The notes under the pieces were generated by a model. The model was given only the letters and a program-made list of their open reading frames with translations, made no database searches and was not told the origin of the DNA. 64,000 nucleotides of DNA. Source: Octopus sinensis (taxonomy: Eukaryota). Both the position numbers and the translations under genes were made by a program. The stretch is taken from the NCBI RefSeq assembly GCF_006345805.1, contig NC_042998.1, forward strand, positions 58,156,001-58,220,000. The letters are read 5' to 3'. This document shows, piece by piece, positions 54,000 to 64,000 of the stretch; position 1 is the stretch's first letter; each line of letters opens with the position of its first letter.

Positions 54000-54095
54000 G
54001 TATATATATATATATTATGTGAAATATAAAGATGAATATCTTGTAGTAGATTAATCAAAAGTTTAAACGATACCTTAGTAGCAAAAATCACAGCA

Positions 54096-54151
<56 letters not shown>

Positions 54152-54219
54152 TAATATATATATATATATAGATATATATATATATATAGATAGATAGATA
54201 GATGTATTTATATTTATAT

Positions 54220-55500
54220 GTAGGTGCCTCTTCTCTCTTTGCACCGCTGCGTGTATATTTGCACGGTGTCTTTTTTTATATCTATACCCTAATCGTACAA
54301 CAACTAGAATTCCAGTACCTATATATACTAATGTGCAAATATGCCTCTGCACATGTATGAGTATATACACACACACACACTCTTCTCCCTGTTAGATTAT
54401 TTTTCTCCTATATTATGTATAAATTTTTGTTCACTTGCGTGCACCCTCCTACTCGTATCCTTTCTTATATTCATGACTGGCATTGCACCCTTATAACCTG
54501 AATACCACTACCACCCTGTTGCCATTATATATCCTTCTTTCTTAATACTGAGCTAGATTATCACCTCTAAAATAATTTTTTTATACCAAAATACATCTAC
54601 TGTATAACATAACACATCAATACTTTTATAAAATATATTTTTTTTATTTATTTACTCTTCTCCTTCCCAGCTCATTTCTCTCCCCTACATTTATTTTCTT
54701 TTTCGTATTTCTATTTTTACTCCCAGTTTATTTTCACTTTGTCATTCTTATAGTCACAACAAGGATATAATATTTTTATTTGTAATATTAACACCAATTT
54801 TTCTGCATTATATTTTATACATAATAACGAATATTAGTTTTTATGCAAGCATAACTCCCTTTTATACATCATATTCTATCTTTAATATTTTTTGACATCT
54901 CTATTTCCCCTACAATTTATCTACGTTAACTATTTAGTATTAGCTCTTTATATACCATCTCCTCACGATATACTTCATTCTTATGTATGGAATTTTTTTT
55001 TTAAATATTCACCACACGACGTAAAGATTTCAATGGCCAGACCATATTTCAATTCAAACCAAGGAGTGTCTTTCCATTGAACATTTCTAATACATATTTT
55101 GCCCTATTTGGACTTAACATTTCTAATACATATTTTGCCCTATTTGGACTTAACATTTCTAATTTCAATACTCATCTATAGAGGAAACGTTTCTGATACC
55201 GCTTTACTTATATCTTCATATAACCGTTATAACCCTTAGTTATGATTAAATATCCAAACATGACTCACATCTCTTTCTCACAAGGATAAAAATATGAATC
55301 TCCTACATTCAAATTTTTTGCTATTTTCCTTCTCAAGTTCATTGTATTTTTGCTTATACTTCCCGCACTGAAGAGTACATTGATATATTTAATTTAATTC
55401 AATTTAATTCAATCATGAATTTGCATTCTTATTTTTATGTCTCTGTACGAAACGATCGTCTGCAAGAATTAAACTTCTTATATATTTTAACAACTTGTCT
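54220..55500 (+). mobile_element. Probable Penelope-like element 3' remnant hosting the hammerhead; includes a 36-bp tandem duplication at 55080-55163
   Basis: Pyrimidine-rich block next to (TA)n that ends shortly after a hammerhead; no clear ORF, so the assignment is inferred. Confidence 0.4.
55359..55468 (+). ncRNA. Type I hammerhead ribozyme with complete catalytic core and long stem II
   Basis: CUGAAGA at 55368-55374; GUACA/UGUAC at 55375-55379 / 55444-55448; GAAA at 55449-55452; palindrome ACGAUCGU at 55452-55459; C17 = 55460; stem I GCA/UGC, extending past two C.A mismatches (UUC/GAA). Confidence 0.8.
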
Positions 55501-55864
55501 CCTCCATTTTAAAATAAATTGACGAATATTATGGGGCTTCTTCCCATAAGTTCACCACGCATTATATACAAGTATTACTTTCATATCTTTGCAAATTTAC
55601 GCCTGTAAACTACCAGCGAAGAATGAAGAATCAATATTAAAAATCCCTTTTGGAAACCTCCAAAATTAAAGGACGAATCTACATACAGCCTTTTTACACC
55701 TATATTATATACATATATATATATATATACACATAGAGAGAGACAGATAGACAGATGTTAACTGCGTGTTTGTGTATATAGTTCTATAGTGCGTGTATAT
55801 ATATTAATGTGTGAGGTTCTGTGTGTACATAGTTGGTACTACATACATACATACATGTAACATA

Positions 55865-56166
55865 TTTCACGTGATCACGTGATATCACGTGACCGACCAG
55901 ACCATCAGATGTTGTTACACATCGCTGGTCAAATGCCTTCGCATTGTTTTAGCCTTCGAATGACGCCACCCCGCTGGCTAAGCGAGCAGGCCAACAGAAG
56001 AAAGAGTGGTGAAAGAGTACAGCAGGGATCACCACCCCCTGCCGGAGCGTTGTGGAGCTTTTAGGTGTTTTCGCTCAATAAACACTCACAACGGCCAGAC
56101 TGGGAATCGAAACCGCGATCCTACGACCGCGAGTTCGCTGCTCTAACCACTGGGCCATTGCGCCTC
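55865..56166 (-). mobile_element. tRNA-derived SINE (family B), reverse orientation
   Basis: Reverse complement of 2376-2643. Confidence 0.85.
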
Positions 56167-56239
56167 CACATGTACATATATGTATGTATGTATGTATATA
56201 TATATATATATAAATTTATATATATATATATATATATAT

Positions 56240-56280
<41 letters not shown>

Positions 56281-56291
56281 CCTTCTCCTAT

Positions 56292-56326
56292 GTTTCCGAC
56301 GAAGAGCTCCGCTCGAAACGTTAAAC
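56292..56326 (+). ncRNA. Minimal hammerhead-like motif with U4C core change
   Basis: GUUU-CCGACGA-A-GAGC-UCC-GCUC-GAAA-CGUU-AAAC; all stems intact. Confidence 0.55.
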
Positions 56327-56417
56327 CCTCCTTCTTTCCTGAGCGTCCAATAATACTATATTTGTTCCGCGTCCTCGCGTTGTTGTGTTTTTTTGTGCTT
56401 TCTTGTTTGGATTAACT

Positions 56418-56480
<63 letters not shown>

Positions 56481-56507
56481 CATATTGATGCTAATTGAGT
56501 GTATATA

Positions 56508-56970
56508 GGCGCAGGAGTGGCTGTGATAGGCGCAGGAGGACCTGTGTAGTGTTACTTTCTCACAAACCACATGGTTCCGCGTTCAGTCTAACTGCAGGGC
56601 ACCTTGGTCAAGTGTCTTCTACTATAGCCTCGGGCCGACCAAAGCCGTGTTACTGGATTTGGTAGTCGGAAACTGAAAGAAGACCGTCGAATATATATAT
56701 GTGTGTGTTTGTGTGTGTGTGTGTATTTGTGTGTGTATGTGTGTGTGTTTGTGTTGGTGTGTCTTTTTGCTCCCCCACCATCACTCGAGAACCGATGTTG
56801 GTGTGTTTACGTTCCCGTAAGTTAGCGGTTCGGCAAAACAGGCCGATAGAATAAGTATTAAGGCTTACAAAGAATAAGTCTTGGGGTCGATTTGTTTGAC
56901 TAGAGGCAGTGCTCCAGCATGACAGCAGTCAAATGACAGAAATAAAAGAATATACAAGAATAAAAGAATA
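56508..56970 (+). mobile_element. tRNA-derived SINE (family A)
   Basis: Matches the other family A copies. Confidence 0.8.
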
Positions 56971-57704
56971 TAGAATACCCCCTTTCTTTCCTTCCCTGAG
57001 TGTCTGCTAATACTTTCCACGTACCACGTCCTCGCGTTGTTGTTTTTGTCTTATGTTTGTTCTTCGTTCTTTTTATTTACTTTATATATACTTATGTGGG
57101 TGTAGGTGTGGGTGTATACACAAACACACATATTGATGTTAATTGTGTTTGTGTGTGTGTGTACTTATATGTTAATAATGCTCAGACAGATCGGTCATAG
57201 AATATATTTGCAAACATCTCGATCATCAGTGAGACGTATTGTTTTTCAAGAATGTCTTAATTCTTTCTTACAAATTGATTTGTGGTCTAGCATTCTCCAT
57301 TTTAGATGTTTACATCTGTCTGTACGTGTCGGCCTATCAGTCATTTTCTAAGAAACCGGCAATTATTTCTCCGATATCCTCACCCCGAATCTCCCCACCA
57401 CCACCACCACCACCTCTCTCTCTCCAATACTCACATCATTACTGATAATATTTTGCAGAGACAATTTGAAGTGAAGTTCGTCTTTGTTGCTTTCCAAATT
57501 AATTCCATATTCGATTCTGGCTTTTGTTTACTCATATATTATTCTGTGTGTACTAAGGAGGAACAGAGTCGAAATTATTCACTGAGAGTTGTTAGAAATT
57601 TCTGTATGTCTGCTGGACACAGGTGAAGAAAACAGGAGGGGAAGAAAATAAATTTAAGTTAATGTGAAACTTCTAAAACAAACAAATTCTTTTATCTTAT
57701 GTTA

Positions 57705-58060
57705 CGATCATCATTAGTAGCAGTCAGGTGCTTTCCCTGTGTCCATGAGGAGGCAGCTTGCCAAGATTCTCCATTTCCCTCTGTGTTTTGCTGCATGTAT
57801 TCAATCAGGTAGACTCTTGCTTTCAGACCATTCGCTGCAGCCGTCAACAAACGTCTTTGACCAATTCTTGCCCTCGTTCCCTACACATTTCCAGTAGCGA
57901 TTGTCTTGAGCTGTGACTTGGACCTTGTGACGCATTGTTTGTCTGAAGTATGATAGCTTTGTAAACTTGATTCTTGACAATAGGTGACTATGGATTTTAA
58001 CGTTTCTAGTATTGCAGCGGTTGTTACCTCTGCTTTTCCAACTTGTTCTCAGTCAGTGAA
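57705..58060 (-). mobile_element. RTE-like LINE 3' end
   Basis: HLLSRIKFTKLSYF..MRH ... HAAKHRGKWR on the reverse strand. Confidence 0.7.
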
Positions 58061-59754
58061 AAACCAACATTTCAAAGTTCTCTACCTTTTTCTTTGTTTT
58101 GCTCTGTACATTTTCCAAATATCTATACCATAGGAGATAACAGGCAAAATACAAGTTTACTCATCTTATTATTTGTACAGCGTGAAGATACTTCTTTTCA
58201 TTCTTATGTACGTGTACATTCTTACGTACACGTACTTTTAGCCTTAATTATTCTTCGAGCACCTTCTTTTACCCAGCGATTTTTCCGATTTATTATTTGT
58301 CCTAAATACGTGCAATCTAATGTCACATGTTCAAGCTTGTGTCCGTGTACCTTTGTTTTCGCATCTTTTGTTCTGACTTATTAATAAGCTTATAGCCAAC
58401 AGAAATGTCTACCAATCAGTCGATGTTAAAATCTATAACAAAGGGGTCCTTATAGTGACAAACTATTCATGATTATGTAACAAGGAAAAAAATATTAGTC
58501 AATTATATATATTATTTTCAGTATTTTGACAAGGATGGGACACAACTCTTGACTTGTTTTAGTCTTATTATGACTTCATCTGCTAAGCATAGACTTCATC
58601 GTGCGTGGGAAAGCACCAAGGGATGATGCTCCATCATGGCTGTAGTCAAATGACTGACACAAATGAAAGAATAAAAGAATAAAGGAATAAATTTAAAAGA
58701 CTAAATTGAGACAATAGCTTAGTTAGTAATAGCATACTTCGTAAATAGAAGGTAGATACTTAATGCAGTCATCGTAATACTAAAACAAGTCCAGTCCCTG
58801 TCTCTTATTTGTTCTAATATTCATTGACAATTGTTTTCCTCGCGGCATAACTTTCTTATGTAGATTTTTGATATATTCGGTAGTAAATTTGTTGACGCGA
58901 ACTATTATTTTTCTACAGAAGGAATTTGTGGAATAATTATGGCCATAATTATTGTTAGAAGGGGATGATGAGGGAAAGAGAAACAGTTTGGTGGAATGAA
59001 AGCTCATTGTAAGTCTCAATCAGACCATATCTTACGTTTGGGTTTAACAGAAGATCATCAGTGAAACAAAATGAAGGACGAATTAGAAAGGAAGAGAAGG
59101 AAGGCATAGAATAACAATAAAAAGGGTAGTAAAAAGATAAAATCGCTAACCTAAGATTATGTATGTTACAACCTATAAAAGAACTAGTTCCAACCTGACA
59201 TCAACAAATGCGAAGTATTGAAAAAGATACGAACGTTTTAACACAATGTCATTTAACAGTGCAAATATATGTCTTCGTAATCTTATATGACAAAACAATT
59301 TGGCTGACAAAGACGAGTAAACGTGAATTATTTACATTTAACTTGCCTTCGGACTTGTATCCGCTGTCATATTTAGCTGCAAGGTAAGTTTGGAACTGTG
59401 AATCACTAACAGTTTATAATAAACGCTAACCAGTCACAATACGAGAGGTCTCTTAATCCAAGCCAAACTCTTGTTTACCATCTCCATAAAAGCTATAAGA
59501 ATAATGCGGAAGAAATTATCGGTGATATCAATCTGTATTCATCGATTCTTTAACTAAAACGCACTATTTTTTCATTGTTATTATGATGTGTATATACATG
59601 ATCAAAAGCTCGGTTAAACATGATTTGTCGCCTTCTATTCCTATTGCAAATGTTCTACATACCTCTTACTTATATTAAATTCATAGAACAATTCATCGAT
59701 GTATCTCTATTCTGAAAATATAAACGTTCTCTCTCCCCACCTCTCTCTCTCCCC

Positions 59755-59790
<36 letters not shown>

Positions 59791-60496
59791 ATAACTGCCT
59801 TCTCTGTCCATCTCTTTGTCTGCTTTTCTTTAACCTCGCCACCAGAACATTACCCTCTGCTAAATATTGTATCCTAAATATATCCCCTTCTCTTTACCTT
59901 TCCCGTCAGCTAACTGTTTAAACAGCTAATAACTATTCCTTCTCCACACTACCACATGTCATTCTCACTCATTTTCTCTCACTCTCTTTCTCTCTCCCTC
60001 TTTTTTCTCGCTCTTCGCCTCTCCCTTCAGCTAACCACGTGACACATTTGGCGTTAGTGTATTAATATTATACACCGTTCTCTAATGCTTCCGCTCTTCT
60101 TTCTTCTCTACACTTTCTTTGACTTCTAACTCTCTATCTCTCTATCTCTATCTCTTTCACTCTTACTCTACCTCTCACTCCCTCCACCTCCACTTCTCTA
60201 AGTAAATTATAACGTGCGAACGAACAAGCAGAATTATATAGAGATGAAGGAAAAAACTACTTTCGCTTCCTTGTAATCTAATAATAGCTTGGGGCAAAAG
60301 CGATTCAATCGGATTCCGAAAGAATGCCATTAGATCCCAATACTCCTTTCCATAAATTCTTAACCAAGGAAAAGTAGACAACAATAGTTTGGCATTTAAA
60401 GGTCTTCAGTTGTAAAATTATCTTCTGAAAGGCTAACAAAGCATTACCAATGTTACTCTTGAGCATTTTAACAGGTATGCATATACCTTTATCTTT

Positions 60497-60884
60497 AACC
60501 TGCAGTATCGCCCGGCGTTGCTCAGGTTTGTTTCAACCCTTTAGAATTGGAATTTATGAAACGTAAAAGTTTTGCATTATACAGCTTGTTCTTCTCGTTG
60601 AGTGAAAATTTTCCTGGTTGAAATACACCGAAAAATGGTGACACAGCAGTCAAAGAATCGTAGAAAATTGGAATTTTCATAGAAAAAAAAACACCTTTTT
60701 GATGTAAATAATTTTTGGTGTTAACATGGTCCGATTTGAATTTTTTTCTACGGAAGGAAGAGCAAACCTTCTAACATACTCTCAATTTTGGTCAACTTGC
60801 GCCGCAGGGTCTCGGAGGAGATAGTGTTAGTTGAAGGTTACCAAACCTGCCATACACAAACAACTTCAGCTTTATATAGAGAGT
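60497..60884 (+). mobile_element. Non-autonomous Helitron-like (Lep1-type) element
   Basis: Begins aacctgcagtatcgcccggcgttgctc and ends ...catacacaaacaacttcagctttatatagag, the typical terminal pattern of this class. Confidence 0.55.
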
Positions 60885-61427
60885 GATATCTCAGTAACCT
60901 CGAAAGTAGATCGTTCATCCCAATTAGGATACCAACTACACCTAAAGACTCAACAAAAACAGATCTGACGTTAATTCTTTTATTGCTTAATTAGGAAGAA
61001 AGGGTTGTGCTCATGACCATTTACAAAGACTCCAGACACAAGTGAGAAGAAACAAACTATCCTCAAAACAGAGTTCTGACCCGAGTGCATGTAACAAAAT
61101 GAAGTCTGTTGAAGGTAACCAAAATGCATTGGTTGGTGATGGATTAAATCTACCACTCAAGTATGCTTAGTGGGATATGAACTCAGGGCATAAAGGACCG
61201 GAATACATACAGTAAGACATCCCATAATTGATCTTGTAACTCTACCAGTGTACCACCCTAGAGTAATAATACCTCAATCAAATTTAGAAGGTGAAAAGGC
61301 AAAGTAGACTTGCAGAATTTGAACTAGGAACGTATAAATGGAATAAATACAAGTAAATTATTCTGAATATATTTGAACGTATAAGTAATATGAAGAGAGT
61401 GAGAGATGCTCTTTACCTTGGCCATTC

Positions 61428-61565
<138 letters not shown>

Positions 61566-62008
61566 AGACAATACAAAGGACAAGATACTCGATTCTGAAG
61601 GTTGAACACCAGTACGGTCTTAGTAGCTGTGACAGATTTAGCAGTTAAAAAAATTTAATAAATATGCGCCCACCTCCACTCCATATCAATCAGACGTATC
61701 AGAAAATATTGACAAAATATTCTAAGGCAAGATTGAAAATATTGCCATTGTGCAATAGTTTTTTTAGGATATATTGATTTTATATACATTCTATATCTCT
61801 AAAATGAGACAGAAAAGCGAAATGAGAGAGAAAAAAAGAACATATCAAAGCTCATATTGGGAATAAAGTAAAAGTGCATAAACGACATATTTCTCTTAAA
61901 GCCTTTACGGCGGATATATTGTGTGTGTGAATGGGAACATGTACGTATCATTTTAGGCACACAATGACACATCCATCTGTTCCATCATTCACATACACAT
62001 ACATAAAC

Positions 62009-62087
<79 letters not shown>

Positions 62088-62127
62088 TGGTGTGGTGTGT
62101 GCGTATGTGTGTGTGTGCATTGAACAT

Positions 62128-62170
<43 letters not shown>

Positions 62171-62631
62171 CTCTCTCTCTCTATATATATATGTGTGTAT
62201 GTGTATATTACAATATATGTGTGTGAAAGATAGAGAGAATGTATATATATCTATTGTGTAAACACATGTATGTGTACTCACACATACACCACACGCACAT
62301 GCACACACGCCACACACCACAGACACATGAACACACACACATTAAAAGCACATGCACACATACACACAGACATACACACACATATACACACACATATACA
62401 TACACGCTTGGACGCACGTGCATTGTGTTTTTACGTATAAGTATAATCTGAAGATGTATGAAAAACTGTCCTGTTCAGTAAAATTCTTTAAATGACAATT
62501 AACCTATATCCTTTGTTAGTAAATCTATTATGGATTTCTTCTGAATTATTTTCCTCGGTTTTATTTGTTTCTGTATTTATATATTTTCCTCATTTATTTA
62601 TATATTTATATTTTTTTGTATTTTATATTAG

Positions 62632-62703
62632 GAACGAACCATCACAAAGACTTCCAAAGACGATTCCGAAGATAAAGAGAATTGCCATTTGCAATACAAA
62701 AGA
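62632..62703 (+). CDS. Internal coding exon 4 (ERTITKTSKDDSEDKENCHLQYKR)
   Basis: Long T-rich tract plus AG at 62630-62631; perfect GTAAGT donor at 62704; 72 nt open, phase 0 to 0, compatible with exon 3. Not present in the ORF track. Confidence 0.75.
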
Positions 62704-63199
62704 GTAAGTATATTGAGAGCTCAGTATTTGACCTTAAGCTAGAGATTCTAATTAAATCCAGCGAAAATATATTGTAGCATTAACGCAACAACCATAATCT
62801 TTATCCGCATTATTTCATTTTGTTCTTCCTTACTAATTTTACCGCCCCTCTCCTCTTATTTATTATTATATTTTTTTGACCTTTTTGCTCTGATTATTTT
62901 CTAATTTATAAAAAACCTGGATTCAGAAACTATGTAATCTTATCAATCGCTGATGTCATGATATATAGGTTATATATTTACAAAGGCACGAACAAAATCG
63001 CCCATAAATAACTTTATACACATACGATCTCAGACGCATATAGCTCAGTTTCCAAAATACATCACACAGATGTTCTGGGATACATCATCAGTGATAGGTT
63101 TTGAAATCTTGGAAAGTTTGGATCTTTCGACACATCAGGTCTCTCACACAAATGTACAAACTTGTATTCCAGCAGCACAGGTCTTACCTTTTATTTATC

Positions 63200-63850
63200 A
63201 AAAGTCATCTTGCCCGCTTGTGGTTTCATCTGCAGTATCGGTAATGGAATGTATGCTCCTCACCTCTTTGCTGCATTAGTTGTTCGAAGGACAGTCAGAT
63301 CTTCACAAAATAAATCGAATCCGGACCCACGAAATCCTACCAGCCAACTTCCAATGCTGTATTTGTTTTTAGCAAACTTTCTTTTATAAGCCTTCTCTAC
63401 GTATTCTTCGCAGAGGGCACAATCAGTTTGGACATGACCCCCTACTTGAAGGCTTCTAAGAAGATAAATCTGCCTAGGTGAGATGTCGTTTGTATAAATA
63501 AGATGCCTTAGGAAGTTAACCTGTTTGACAAAATGCACTATCGATTACCAGTCTGGGGCTTTCCCTAAACAGGGCTTCAATCCATGTTCGAGAAACGTGA
63601 CAGCTTCTTTCCTGATGTATGTATTGCGCTGAATAGCAAGTGTTATCACCTCTGCATTGACCTGGCCATATCTCTAACGGTAGTGGTTGCTCGGTAGGAC
63701 TCAGGGGAAGCTATTGAGAGATTTTGAAGGAACGCTCATGTCGACCCACTCAGTCGAAGATTCATATTGGCAGTGTCCCACCATCCTGCTTGGACGAGCT
63801 TCCTCTACACTTTCATGGACGTTTTTTGGTTGTGTTGCTGCTCCTTTACT
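63200..63850 (-). mobile_element. Fossil RLE-type non-LTR retrotransposon C-terminus (HERO-like)
   Basis: EEARPSRMVG; HYR*RYGQV (RYRWRHDQV-like); KEAVTFLEHGLKP; APDW...KQVNFLRHL; EKAYKRKFAK; VGFRG, in the colinear order of this clade's RLE region. Confidence 0.65.
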
Positions 63851-64000
63851 TTGGTATTTCCAACTGGCAGGTTGGAAAGTACCAAAGCCCGAACGCTCTA
63901 TAGCCAAGGTTCCAGCATGATCTTTCTGCTTCGTCCGTTCATACGTCAACAGCAACTCTCTAACGGCCCTTTCCTTTCTATTTATGTGAACTTCAATACT

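Noticed and set aside
62447-62470. Other CUGANGA...GAAA strings (also 63030-63090(-) and within the 17-kb repeats)
   Set aside because: Stem I or stem II cannot be formed in canonical register.

Overview
Eukaryotic, AT-rich, microsatellite-saturated genomic DNA. It is most likely a coleoid cephalopod (Octopus-like), inferred from the tRNA-headed SINE families with (TA)n(TG)n cores and the extreme microsatellite load. The window is the interior of one large + strand gene. Four exons (5008-5254, 22033-22187, 29162-30772, 62632-62703) have canonical AG/GT sites and splice in compatible phases (0-1, 1-0, 0-0, 0-0) into a 695-codon open frame. It encodes a helical segment followed by a RasGEF N-terminal (REM)-like domain split by a ~390-aa Ser-rich insert; start and stop lie outside the window. 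Nearly all other ORFs in the track are microsatellite or transposon artefacts. The introns hold SINEs and fossils of mariner, DD37D-like, hAT, RTE and RLE-type (HERO-like) elements, plus Helitron-like and Penelope-like pieces. The most unusual items are: (1) a 261-bp mosaic of three non-colinear 28S rRNA fragments between a 214-bp host duplication; (2) several type I hammerhead ribozyme motifs, one at 55.4 kb with an intact core in the pre-mRNA sense; (3) a ~540-bp near-perfect fold-back palindrome at 16.1-16.7 kb and other long intronic hairpins; (4) a 583-bp GG...CC MITE with an 8-bp TSD carrying telomeric repeats. No CRISPR, operon or prokaryotic system is supported. All family assignments come from motif recognition by eye, not database searches.
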